Below are positions 39,654-52,787 of a DNA stretch of 64,000 nt, in pieces. The notes under the pieces are model-generated. The model ran no database searches. It worked only from the letters and a program-made list of their open reading frames with translations, and was not told the origin of the DNA. Both the position numbers and the translations under genes were made by a program. The stretch is taken from NCBI GenBank assembly GCA_015680685.1, contig MNCI01001786.1, forward strand, positions 14,022 through 78,021, in the 5' to 3' direction. Within the stretch, counting starts at the first letter, position 1. Each line of letters starts with the position of its first letter. The stretch comes from Gnetum montanum. Taxonomy: Eukaryota; Plantae; Gnetophyta.

Positions 39654-40960
39654 CTAAATGTGGTACTGCTTCAAGTACATATGATTCACCAGGTTTGTAA
39701 GCTTATTGTAGTTGATGTCTGCTAGTCTGAATGCTTCGTTGTCATATGTGTTGACAACTAGGAAGGGGCCTTCACAGCTTGCAGAGAATTTTCTCATTGG
39801 TTCACGAACGGCTTTGAGGACCAAGTCTTCTTTCTTGATTGGTTGCTGATGCAAGCTGCGATGATGCTTCTTCCTTTACTTGTCTTGATATTTTTCGATG
39901 CTATTAAGTTCCTAGATGCATTTCTCCTCCACTGAGTCTAGATCCACGCTCCTGGACTCATTGTGTTGAGTCTCATTTATAACCATGGAGAGGACCATCC
40001 GCAGTGAGGGAACTTGTAGTTCAAGGGGCAACACTACTTCAGATCCATTGACTAGGCTATATGGTGTTCTACTCGTAGCTGTTCTGCATGTCGTACGATG
40101 GGCCCATAGCACGTAGAGGATTTTCTCATGCCATCATTTATTGTTGCTGCTGAGCATCTTTTTTAGTAAATTGATAACCACCTTGTTTGTTGCTTCTGCT
40201 TGACCATTTTCTTGTGGGTAATATGGTTAGGAAAAAGATTACTTAATACCATGGTTATTGCAAAAATATTTGGCTTCAGTACTACTAAATTGTGGCCCAT
40301 TGTCAGTCACAATAGTCATGGGAAGCCCAAACCTTGTTACTATGTTATCCAAGATAAAATTTTAAACCTGTTGAGATGTAGTCTTTCATAGGGGAATAGC
40401 CTCGACCCATTTTTTGAAGTACTCAATGGCAGTGATAATGAAACTATGTCCTGCGGAAGACTTAGGTGTGATGGGACCTATGATGTCTAGCCCCCATCGT
40501 TGGAATGGCCAAGTGAGCTGTGTGGTATGCAACTCAATTGGTTACACGTGTATTAGATTTGCATAACGCTGGCATGTGTCACATGTCTTAACTTTGGTAA
40601 GGAAATCTTGTTCCATGTACGGCCAGTAATACCTTAAGCATCTGATTTTAGCAGCCATGGCTCGTGGGGCTATGTGTCCTCCACATAGTCTCTCATGGAC
40701 TTCGCTAACTATCCTTTGTGCTTGGTCATAATTAACGTAGGTTAACAATACCCCATCAAAGGAACACCTACATAGAGTGTTGTCTCTGATGATGATGTAT
40801 TGCCTGGCATGCTTGCGGATTGCGTCCTTTTGTGCAAATGTCAACTCGTGTAGTGGTTCGCCACGTAGAAGGTAGGTTTTAATGTTGTCGTACCATTTTG
40901 GCGTTCCTTCTGCACTTAAAGAAGAGATTTGCGCAGCTTGGATGACATGATCTGTACATT
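39654..40960 (-). pseudogene. Integrase (HHCC zinc finger, core, GPF motif)
   Basis: EVHERLCGGH...YYWPYM...CDTCQ; LWAHRTT.RTATSRTPYSLVNG; KFSASCEGPF...YLKQYH. Confidence 0.92.
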
Positions 40961-40966
40961 CCATCA

Positions 40967-41866
40967 TTAAAGTGGGCAAGGTGGTGAACAAATGTGGTGG
41001 CATGTTAAAGCTAGCGTAGCTAGTGCATCAGCTATGGTGTTCTCACTACACGACATGTGTTGGACATCAGTCGTTGTAAATTGTTTTAGAAGATCTTTAG
41101 CCATATCGCAATAAGGTTGCAGATGCATGGCTTTGCAGGCGTAGACTTCTGTGATTTGATTGACAATGAGCATTGAATTGCCTTGGATTTCCAGGTGTTG
41201 AATGTTCAATTCTCTAGCTACTAACAATCCCTTGAGGATCCCCTTGTATTCTACCACATTGTTTGTACAGGGAAACGCCAGGCGGTAAGCCAATGGACGA
41301 ACATCCTCAGGGAAAAGCATGATGACGGTGGCGGCACTACCACCTCTAGTAATTGAAGCTCCATTAAAGTGTAATGTCACTTCAAGGACTGTTGATATAG
41401 GGCTTGAACTATGTACATGTTCGTCTAGAAATTTAGGCTCTATCGTTGCCTGATCGTTAACAGGTGATGCTACAAGTTGGTCGGCTATCGCTTGGCCTTT
41501 CGTAGAATATTGGCCAACGTAGTGTAAGTCAAATTCTGCTGTGATGGCCTTCCATCGGGCTATCTTACTGATCTTGTATAAATTTTTTGTGATGGCCCGT
41601 AGAATGTTGTTCTTGCAAATTATGTTAACCTGGCTACGAAAAAGATAGTGTCTACATTTCTTGAGTGCGAAAACCAATGTTAAGCAGTTACGCGCTACTT
41701 CATTGTACCTCATTTCGTATGCAAATAGAGCATGACTTAGATAATAGATGGGGATTTCCAACCCGTCATCCCTCTTTTGACACAACAACGCAGCTATGGA
41801 CATATCTAAACTTGCTAAGTAGATGTAGAAGGATTGATCCCTTTGTGGCAGGAAAACTGTTGGCAA
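40967..41866 (-). pseudogene. RNase H plus additional archaeal-type RNase H (aRH)
   Basis: IPIYYLSHAL..YEMRY; KGQAIADQL; LHFNGAS...CTNNVVEYKGILKGL...IQGNSMLIVNQI...N.IADALA. Confidence 0.92.
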
Positions 41867-41869
41867 ATG

Positions 41870-43132
41870 TAACAGCTCTTTCTTTAAGTCATCAAAAGCA
41901 CACTAATAGTCCTCGGTCCATTCAAAGTTAACCCCCTTCTTGAGCAGATGTTGCATGGGGTGTAACTTGTCTGTCAACTTTGAGATGAACCTTCTAATAA
42001 ACTATAACCTACATTGCAACCCACGTAGTTCTTTGAGGTTTGTAGGTGGTGCCAGGTTAACGATGGCCCTAACCTTGTCAGGGTCAATTTGTATGCCAAC
42101 TTCTGACACTACAAACCCCAACATGCATCCGGTTTTGACTCCGAACACACATTTTCTTGGGTTGAGTCGTAGGTCGTTCCTGAGACATTTTTTAAGGATT
42201 AACTCTAAATCCTCTGGGTGATCTACTAACTTCCTAGATTTAACCGCTATGTCGTCTACGTAGTCGTTCAATCTCTCTAAGAGATAATTTCTAAAGATGT
42301 ACGTCATGGCACGTTGATAAATTGCTCTAGCATTTTTTAGCCTGAAAGGCATCATGGTATAATAGAAAGTTCCCCAAAGGGTCATAAAAGTTGTAGTCAG
42401 TTGATGTTCTGGGTTGATAAGGATTTGATTGTATCCAAAAAACCCATCCATAAAGGATAGTAAAGCATGTCCAACTGTTGTATCGATAAGTTGGTTAATA
42501 CTCGATAATGGGAAATTATCTTTGATCGTTGCCTTGTTCAGATTGTGAAAGTCTATACAGATGCGTATTCCTCTCGTTTTCTTAGAAACGACAACGATGT
42601 TTGACACCCAATCTGAATAATCAACTGTGTGGATGAAACTAGCTTGATATAGCTTAGTTATTTCATCACGCACTGCCAACGCGATTTCGGGCTTAATCTT
42701 TTGTGCTCTCTATTTAACCGCTTTGATACACAAGTCTAACACGATGTTGTGTTGTATTAGTCATGAGTCTAAACCCGACATGTCTTCGTACGACCATGCG
42801 AACACTGCAACGTTATCTTGGAGAACTTAAGATATGTCGTTTTGCACTTGTTGGTCAAGGAGAGAACTAACCTTCAAATTTTTTCTTTTTCCTTTGTGCA
42901 TAACTACAGAGATCTTAGTGAGGGGATCCTCAGTTACATCACCAGCCTCTAGGTCTAAGGTTTGGGCCAGATGTTCTAGCCAATCTAGTGATACTTTCGA
43001 GGCTACTATGGTTATTTCACAAGAGGAGGAGTCGGTTCTTATCATTGCAAGATTAGGTTTTCTAAAGGTTTTCCTGTATGGGCCTATTAGGGCTAGGGGT
43101 GCAAGCAAAGATTCCTCCATTTGCAAACCAAC
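41870..43132 (-). pseudogene. Reverse transcriptase
   Basis: WVSNIVVV.KK..GIRICIDF.NLNKA; SFMDGFFGYNQI; MPFRLKNA; YVDD; LNPRKCVFG. Confidence 0.95.
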
Positions 43133-44349
43133 CTGCAAAACTATGAAGAAAGGTAGTTAAATTTATTTTTTCAACATGGTGAAATGATACAAGGTTTTAG
43201 AGGTACATGTCAAAAGGCTGCTAGTTTAAGGTCTTAGCGTACCGTTACAATTGTAAGAAAAGAGCAAGCAAGGTTTCCTAGGTGCTAGCTTAAAGTCCTC
43301 GCAGACTATGGCTAAAAGTATAATGTGGTGTGTTTAGTGTGGCAAAATAGCTAATTTAGGGTCTTTGTAGACCATAGTTAATGCAATCAAATTACGAGAT
43401 GATAAGCTATGCGTTAGTTTAGGGTCTTTTCGGACTGCAATTAATGCGATATCTACGAGATTAATGATGTGATCTTTACGCTTCATGTCAAACTGACATT
43501 ACTACACTTTGAGAAGGTTCGGCGTTGATCAGGCATGAAAACAGAAAGTTTTCACCATCATGCTTATAAGTAGATGGCTCTTCCTCAAGGTAAACTGCAA
43601 GCATAGCGAAGTTGAGTTAGTCTAAAGAAGAAGGAAAGCATAAGTTAACGATTTTGTAAAGGTTATTCAAGTGTAACAATGGCACCGAAGACTAAACGCA
43701 AACACGCCAAGTTGGCCAAGATCGATGAAGTATAGGAAAGTCTAGGGTGAATTTTGAAGGCGCAAGTCGAAACTCGGGAGATACTCCACTTGGCCAGTAA
43801 GTTGTTCTTCAACTTCCCTGTGTGATATATGCATTAGGTCATTTTCACTGTCATTGTGCTGTAATTTGTATTTGTTTCGAAAATGTGCACTGCGCTAGGT
43901 GTCGATACCTGCCTGTGCTAGTTACGCTATGGGAGTTTGTAATATTACCCCTATCACTGTTGTCGGAGACAAACCTTGCACCGTTGTAAGGGTTTTGGTG
44001 ATCATGGGTAATGTTGTACAAACACAACACGTAACTGGTCAAGAGTTTAGGTGTTGTACCCTTGCGTAGCGTAAGCAGGGTTCCATTGACTTGCCCGGAA
44101 TGGTCGTGTGTTACGCTAGGGCAATATGCCATATTACCTTTATCATTGTTGTCATAGAAAGACTTTGCACCACCGTAAGGGTTTGGGCAGTTTTGGGTAA
44201 TGCATCTCTAGCATAACATGCGATTTTCTGGGAGTCAAAGTAGCAAGAACCTTAGTGTTGTGTAACAGATTCTTGTGAGCTTTTTTTATTTGTTTTGGCA
44301 TTGTTAGCAGGTCTAAAATATTTTCTAATGGTAATGTGTTTTATTGTAA

Positions 44350-47300
44350 AGGGTTACGCTAAAGCCCATCCTGATCGTTTTGGACATTGTGGGCATTCTA
44401 TGCTGTCTAAATGTTCCCGTGGCCAACATTCCTTCTCCCCATGCTTGTGTAGGGGGAGAGGCAGTTTGGTTCTAAACTGGCGCATGAGAGTTCCTGCAAT
44501 TTTTGTTGCGTAACTTTAGCGTAATTGTTTGGTCACATCTGTCAACCGAGACAGCCGCCGCCATTCTGGAAATGCTGCTGATTGGGTCGACACAGAGCAT
44601 TTTAACATTTTTGGTGGACGAATCAATCGAGGCTGTAGGTGGGAGGGATCATGAACAATGTGTCAAGGGTTTGAGGCGCTTATCCTGGATCTGGGAGATA
44701 CCCAGGTTTAATTGTTATCATGCCTACAACACGTTGTTCATAGCTCATCATCTCATCACCTATTTTTAGAACTAACCTAGCACCATGTATTATGCCGACA
44801 AGTAAGTGTTGTCAAGGTGCTATGATTTGTTAACTGCTATCTGATTTTGTGTTAGATGTAAATAGTTTTCTGTATTCTATGGCATAGGTTCTTTATCGAT
44901 TTGGATGGTCTCTAGGGTGATATGGACATGTTATCTATGGTCCAAACAGCCATAAAGGAATTCACTTCCATCAGCAATATATGTGCTAGTGTCTTGGGAC
45001 AACTAGGATTTGAAATCCAACACTACCCTATCCGGTATGCCAAATTCTTTGTCAAGTGTAGAGACTTTGGATGGCTGGATAGGGAGTGGACTTTGGACTA
45101 TCCTATCACCATTGACGACGTGCAAGTGAAACTCCCACCATTTCCTTTACCCTTTAGACACGGTAAGTTACGCTATGCTGATCAACTGTGTGACCCTACG
45201 GGATGAAAACAGTGTTTAAGATTTTATTGTTTTGTTGTTTTGCCTAACCTATTTTTTGTGTTTTATGTTTATAGTTAAAGAATCATGAGAGGTCATAGTG
45301 ATAGCCTCTGTGCATGACGCAGCCACCATCTTCTTTCGCTATGGTGATATAAATGAGGCACAACCTTGGCTTTGCCATGGAGCAGCCCCAGCTACCATAA
45401 CCAATAACCTCTGGGAAGCCAAATTGATGGAGCTATTTCTAGTTGTAACCCCTGATGTCCTAGTAGCTGAAATGTTGGCCCTAGTTGACTCCTTTAGTGA
45501 ACAAGCCACGCATTTTCACACGCACGTGCATAACGTGCACGTGAGTTTTGATATTAATTCTCAACTATTCGCTGACTTTTTTGGTGTTCCTTCTTATGGA
45601 CTCCCAGTCAGAAAGAAATCCAAAAGGAGTTCTAAACATCAAAAGGACATGGAGGAGTGGATAGGGGCTAAAAAAGAGCAGAAAGGCATCTACGCTAAGA
45701 AGATCCAACTAGAGGTGGCTGGCACCATTTACCCTCTCTTCCGTGCTTGTGCCTTCCCCAAGCTACTCTCCCAAGGAAAAATCTTTGGAATAGAGTAGGC
45801 TTGGATCATGCAGGAGGTTATGGAAGAGGGGACACGATATAACTGGGCCAAGCACCTTGTTGAAGGCCCGTAGGCTGAAATGGTCAAGCTTCACAAGAAG
45901 CTTAAGTCTCGTTTCAACGTGCATTTTTCTTTCTTCATAGCTTGTTTGCGACATTTTGCTAAATTCCTGGTGGTTTACATGGATGGATTCTAGGTGTAGC
46001 AGGATCGTAACCAGATCTCCAAGCTGTGGATTTTTTAGGTCTTTCGCACCATCCGATCCCAAGATCCTCTTGAAGGTATCAGGGAGTCGTTTTCAATGAC
46101 AACTAGGGATTGGGTGGTGCCTCCCCTCCAAATCTGAGATAGCATGGATGGGGCACCCCCTTCTAACACCAACAATGCGTTAAAGGGGAAGCACCTAGCA
46201 GTAGAAATAGTAGCCTCATTAATTCAGTGGAAAAAGCATCGTTCGGTTGTGGATTCTCCCGGCCTGACTGGTGAAGAGGGAAGGAAACTGCGAATTAAAT
46301 TTCACAAGAGCCATCTCCCAATTGGTAAGTAGAGTAATGCATGATTAGTTTATGTATATTATGCTATGTATAGAAGTCATTTCATCACGTAGCGCTTGTG
46401 GGAAGTGAGTAAAGTTTTGGTAACTGTGATGCGTTCTACAGGAAGAGAGAAAGATGTGGAGGGATTGATCCTTGAAATAGGGGCCATAGTCTTGCAGCAT
46501 GGGGAAGGAGCCCCAATTTTGAAAAAGGAGACCCCTGTTGACAATGTGGGCAGTATGCAGGCTCCCATGCCTGAAGGGAAGATGAGCATAGAGGATGTCA
46601 CAACCCTTTTGGATGGGCTGGAAAGGGAGGAGTGGTTTGTCGCTGGTGAGTTTGACTGCTTGCTTATCCTTTCTTCGATGGGAAATCCTCCTGCTATTAC
46701 CCCTGAGGGTTTGCTAGATAGCATTTTTGCATTATTGTAGCCTCTCCAATTTTGCCTTTGTGTACTGTGTTATGTTTAACTCATTTTTTTTGCATAGTAG
46801 GCACTTCTGATAATAGTGGCTCATCTTCGTCAGCAACCCCCACTCAATGTTGGGCTGAGGACCTCAACAAATTTGCCTTCATGGAGGGCATTGTTAACGA
46901 TATGATCAGTCACTTGGAGCGAATTGATCTTGAGATTGGTATGTCACTGTTGTTATGCAGGAATTGTTGAAATTATTGCATTATGTCATCCTGTCGCGTC
47001 TAATTGTCATCTTTGTGTTACAGCATCTTGCCTCAAATGGGATCCTAAAGAGTCTATCGACGTAGATGCTACCTTTGAACCCTCACCAGAGGTGACCAAA
47101 GTGCCACGCTGCATTTAAGATGAGATGCGTAAATGTGCGTTGTGCTCGACCCATTCTCTATGGGAGAGTCAGAATGTCAACGAAGTTTGGAAGAGGTTGC
47201 AGAAAGCAGAAAAAGAGAAAACCGCCCTAACTACTAGGGTGGAGGACCTTGAGTCCAAGAACGAATTTCTACAAGCCTGGGGTACCAATGACGGGAATTG

Positions 47301-48080
47301 GTGGACAGTTGTGATTAACTATGCCTGCTATTGGATGGTCATCAGGAACAATGTCCAAGCCAGCCATGAGCTCATCAAGCAACAAATGTAAATGGATCTC
47401 CTAGCCCAGAAGAACCAAGACTGGAAGGACTTCAGCACAAGGGTCCAAGAATGGGGGTAGACATAGAAAAATCATAAACACATGTATAAGCAAGAATGTG
47501 CTACCTACCACCAAAATTACAGAGATTCCACAATTAAAGCATGGTCCCTTTGGCTATTCCTCGATGTCATCGGTGCTTCTGGAGTGTATGAAAAGTTCTA
47601 GGAACAAGTGACAGTGCATGTATCCCCTGAGAGAGAGAGATGACCCTCCTTGGCGGGGAGACCAGTATCACTTTCTTTTTCCCTGAGCTACCTCGGTGGA
47701 CTCCTATGGAAAAGGGGAAGGTCAAGGCTGGAAATGATCTAAGAGATAGCGTTTGGGCATAGCTCACTAAGGACGAGATTATGCGACCCCTGTCAGTTGG
47801 CCTGGAACAAAGTCCTTTCGCAGCCGACGCAGGACTGTCATAGGTAAGCTGTGCAACTGTTGCATTTTTCTTAAGCATGATTTTTATTGTGACACTAATT
47901 TTTACCTCATGTCAAATTGTAGGATTGGAATGAAGAGGATCTCCATGAGGAGGAGCCTCATAGAGAGGATCACCCCCATGAAGAGGATTCACCCGAAGAA
48001 GATCTTCATGAGGAAGATCCTCATGAGGTGGATGTGGAGTTGGGTGAAGCAGATGGAGGTGGTAACAAGGGGGATGTGTA
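44350..48080 (+). pseudogene. Antisense multi-exon accessory gene inside the Tat element
   Basis: GT-AG introns at 44802-44887, 45163-45274, 46325-46441, 46646-46740/46800, 46939-47023 and 47844-47922 link the ORF pieces. Acidic EEDPHE tail, stop at 48080, AATAAA at 48113 and 48123. Start position uncertain. Confidence 0.7.
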
Positions 48081-48229
48081 GCATAGCAATACTGGTCAAG
48101 GATTTTTGTTGTAATAAAAGGCAATAAAGAATAACGTTTTTTTTATTTTTTAAACCAGTTAATGGTGTTTGTAAAAGAAAGGTTTTAATTTTGTTTTCTG
48201 AAGAAAAATGCTTTGTCGAAAAGGTTACA

Positions 48230-48695
48230 CATTTTAGGCCACTGTGGGCTGGCGATAGTTTAAGGCCATTTTGGGCTGGGCCATCACACATGGAAAAGAA
48301 TAACCAAAATTACTAGTTTTAGGCTGTAGCAGGCTGTAACTAGTTTAAGGCCATTTTGGGCTACTAATAGTTTAAGGCCATTTCAGGCTGGGGATAGTTT
48401 AAGGCCATTTCGGGCTAGCAATAGTTTAAGGTCATTTTGAGCTGGCGATAGTTTAAGGCCATTTTGGGCCGAGGATAGTTTAAGGCCATTTCAGGCCGAC
48501 AATAGTTTAAGGCCATTTCGGGCCGAGGATAGTTTAAGGCCATTTCGGGTCGGCAATAGTTTAAGGCCATTTTGGGTCGAGGATAGTTTAAGGCCATTTC
48601 GGGCTGATGATAGTTTAAGGCCATTTTGGACTGAGGATAGTTTAACGCCATTTCGGGCCAAGGATAGTTTAAGGCCATTTCGGGCCAAGCGATAG
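48230..48695. repeat. 24-bp minisatellite, ~17 copies
   Basis: Unit approximately GATAGTTTAAGGCCATTTCGGGCC; produces the spurious EMALNY-repeat ORF. Confidence 0.95.
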
Positions 48696-48804
48696 TGAAG
48701 AAGCGTAATGGTAGACGATGTAACATGAAATGATAAAGAATGTAAACAGTGTAACAGTAAGCAATGTGGACCGATGTAACATGCTATGCTAACGTGTTTG
48801 TTTG

Positions 48805-49700
48805 CTAGTTTCGCAGCTGCTTCTTGATCATTCTTAGATTTGTCGACGCGTATGGATGAGGAGGTTTCTTACACCACTCCTCTATGCTATCATCCCCTCC
48901 CTGGTAATTCAGCCCAAGCCAAGCTTTCATTGACCACTGTATCGGTCTGTTTGAATGTTCGGATAGGGGTTTGATCTTCAGGGATTTCAATCGCTGAACC
49001 CTGCTCCATCTCCATGTTGTTGATAGCTTGAGGAGTCATCTTATCATCGTGGATGATCACTTCCCCTCCTGCATAGGGCAAGTGGATCTCTTAGTAAATG
49101 GGTGATGAGATAGCCCTTAGCTAAGCCAACCAAGACCCTCCCCAAGATTAGGTTGAAGCTGGGCATCTCCTTGACAACGATGAACACTACATTTGTGGGG
49201 AATTGATCCCCTACTACAAAGTTGATTTGTACAGTTCCCTTAACTTGCACCCTCGCCCCATTAAACAACTTCAAGCATGACATCGTCATGGGATTGATCT
49301 AGTCGATCAAACCTAGTTTTTCCACTATGAGAAATGGAATGACATTAGCAGTAGCCCCGTCATCTACGTGTACTCTCCAGATCCTATATTGGCCGACCCA
49401 GATAGTGATGAACATGGGCACTATTGTACCCTGACCCTTTTCTGGGTCATCCTTAATGGACTCGTCATGGAATGTCAGTTGGGAAGGCCGTGGTTGTTCT
49501 GCAGTGAGGGAAAGCATGATCAAATGGATTGCTTTTTCATCTGCTGGCAAGCATTCATCCACCAGTATAGATGCTAGCATTAGAACCATGGCTTCACGAT
49601 GCGATTGGGATGTCATTAGCAAGTCATATAGGCTCAACATTGTATTTTTCTGTTTGAGAGCCTGCTTAACTTGTGTAAAAGCATCAAGGAGATTATGCCC
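48805..49700 (-). pseudogene. Aspartic protease region of the Tat polyprotein
   Basis: LSLYDLLMTSQSHREA; RVHVDDGATANVIP; SFNLILGR. Confidence 0.88.
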
Positions 49701-49899
49701 ATGGTTTGGTTATTTTTTTCTCTTCTCTTCTTCCATTCATCCCAAGAGACAGATCTCTCAGGGAGGAACGGTTTTTGGTCGAGGGCTGTATTTTCTTGGG
49801 CAGGGGGAAGATGGCCGCGTCTGCGTAACGTCATCCTTTTTAAAGGAAGAAGGAGCCAAGGGTGTCGAGGCTAGAGGGGTAGGCTTAGGAAACCCCAGC

Positions 49900-52470
49900 G
49901 TAATGCAGTCTTTGGCTATTTTATCTATCACATGCCCTCTCCTCTCCTTGTGGGTTGAGGTTGCGGCGTTGACTTAGACGTTTGCCCCTGCGTAGCAAGA
50001 GCAGCTGACGAATTTGGCACCCTGATGAAAAAAGGTGCCTTCGGTGTGGGCGCAGGCTGGGCTAAGGCTTTAACGACAATCAACTGTGGAATATATGTTT
50101 GAGGTAAATCTCGGAGGACAAAGGGTTGTTGTTGCACCGTGCCTGTCGATGTCGATGAGTTTGTTGCGTGAGCTGGGTGAGGAGGCATGCGTAGCACGAA
50201 GGGTTTTTGCAGCAGTGCTGGACCATCGCCATTCATATCCACCACATTGATAGTGTACCTTACGTTATTTGCATTCAATGGATCTTGGTACACGTGCATA
50301 GACTGGTTTTCTGGATGAACCAGACTACTGTTGTCAAGGATCAGCTTGCCTTGGTCGATCATGCGTTGAATGTCATCTTTCAACGCCCAATAGTAGTCCA
50401 TGCCATAACCACACAGCTGGTGGTAGTCGTAAAAATGGTCCAGCTTAAAGTTCTTGGGAACTGGTGGTTCATTTGGCAGGGACAAGGAGGGATTCTTGAG
50501 TAGCCCACAATGTCATCTGTGATGTTTTAAAGCCTCCTCGAACACCTTCTTGTGTTGAATGTGACTAGTTCCCAGCAGTTGCTTCAGAAGTTCTGAAGGC
50601 TTAACAGGTAGAGCTGTATATTTTGAGCGATCTTTATGCTCAACATTAGGCTTTGGCTAAGGCGATGTCTTAGGAGCTGATGTTGTTTTCTGGTTGGCAT
50701 TTTTTGAGCTACCTATAGCCTCAGCAAGCGCCATAGTTATCTTTTTGTTGTTATTTTTCTTTTTGGCCTCTTCGGCCATAGCTACTACCGTTGTTGCTGC
50801 AAGCTTGCCCTTATCTTTGCTTTTGTTATGGGCATTTTTATAGGCCACATACACCGGGTCTTTGCTAGTCTCTGCTAGTTTGAGCAAAGGCTTGGCTGAG
50901 GGAGTGGGGAGTAAGATAATATAGTTTAGACTTAATAAAGTCGTTGACTGCCCCCTTGAAAATTGCCAACAGATGGGCCTCCGCGATGGGCTCACAAATT
51001 TCATTCAAGGTGGCGCTCCACCACTGTATAAACTTTTGGACCGGTTCAAGCGGATCCTGCTTAACTCCCCATTAACTGGTCCATCATAACCTCTAGCTTC
51101 AGGTTGTATTTGAAACGGGTCACTAACTGAATCAGCAGCTCTTCCAAGGTCGAAATGGAAGAGCGTGGAAGTGCATGATACCAATCCGAAGCTTTACCCG
51201 TTAGGGACATAGCAAAAACATAGAAAATAGTATGTGGACATTGTTGTAGCAACAATGACTCTGACCTGAAGGTAATGAGATGAGCGTTGGGATCGCCTTC
51301 CCCATTGTATTTTGTGAAATGGAAAAGTGGCATCCCAAGAGGTAATGATAAGATGGGAATTGCTAAACAGATAGGATCATCATGGTAGAAATCCATGACC
51401 TGTACTGTAGCAGAACCTAAGGATTTCAGGTGTTTAACCTCTTCAGTAAGGGTCTGAGTAAGCTGGAAGGCTTGATCTAGACTCGTGGATGAAGAGGTTG
51501 GCTATGGAATAATAGGTGGAGCCATGACTAGTGGTGGGATAGGAGCTGCAGCATGGCCTGTGGGCGATGCTGTCGAAAATGTCCCTGTGGACAGTACCGC
51601 CTGTGTCATCCACCACCTTGTAGGTGGTGCAAGTAGGGCAAAAATGGTCGATTATGCCATAGGATATACTGTTTATGTAGCTGGTGGCATAGACAATGAT
51701 CCTGTAGTTGGATTTACTACCTGTGGGACCTGGTGTTGATGATGAGGAAGATAGGACATCTGTGTAGGCTATGCAACAGGGGGTGACATATTTGGAGCCC
51801 CACCACGCGGTAGAGGCGAGGCCTGCCGCTGCTGGTGGAGGGGGAGAGAAAGCTAGGATGGATGCAAAAGTTATGTATAATTTTGAAATGGGTACTATGT
51901 GCACATATGGTAACGTAGGCGTAAGTACGTGATGCAATGGGTTGGCTGACCATGACTATGGAGGAATGGACTGTGAAGGGATAACATCCAGAAAGGGAGC
52001 CAGAGAGAAAAATGCTGATGTGACGAACGCGCAACATGGTTGGTGGTAGACAACAATAAAGGTGTAGTGACCATAAAGAGAATATTTGCATGGGATGCTA
52101 TGGAGGGAGGAGCCATAACAAAGCTAGCATGACTGCCTCCCTCGGAGTGGGAATCTAGGTCCGCCTGCCCATCGTGGAATGCTTCATCATAGAACACCTT
52201 GTCTCATTGTTCCGTTGATGCCCTAGCCATTAACAATTGATCCAAGATCCACTGTTGCTTGTTCGTCAGGGGTATGGAAGCATTAGGCAAAGGAACGAAT
52301 TCCTTCCCGTTATAGCACATGAACTCGTATTCACATTTCTCTTCGAGTTCGTGTGGGTACATAGGCAGATTCACCATAATTTTGGCACAAAGGAAGTTGT
52401 AATTTTCTGTGCGCTGAGGGTGCCCCTCAAGCTCTTTGTTTTGAATCCTAAGTGATCGGCATGGCTGCAC
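49900..52470 (-). pseudogene. gag: gag of the Tat element
   Basis: FTKYNGEGDPNAHL...FAMSLTGKASDWYHALP; Tat-type decayed knuckle YDYHQLCGYGMDYYWALKDDIQRMIDQGKL. Confidence 0.85.
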
Positions 52471-52787
52471 CGAACTGCTCGGTGGCTCAACAACAACTGG
52501 CGTAGCCTACGTCATTAAGGGATTTTCGAGACTAGCGGTGAAAACGGTGGTGGTTGTTGCAGCCATTCTCTATGCAACTAGAAGGTAATGCTAAGGGGGA
52601 TAAAGATTACAAAGGAAAAAGTGGGCTAAAGGCAAATGTGGGCTTTCTGTCCAACTGGATTCTAGAGGAAATGTCAGAGCGACTGATCTGTACCACACGA
52701 TCACGTGAACAACCATGGAGGTATCACGTTTACGCTAGTCAATAATGAGTATAGACAACTTATAGGACAACCCTTGAAATGCATATT

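Noticed and set aside
48415-48726. EMALNY-repeat ORF or CRISPR-like array
   Set aside because: It is the translation of a 24-bp minisatellite; there are no unique spacers and the context is eukaryotic.
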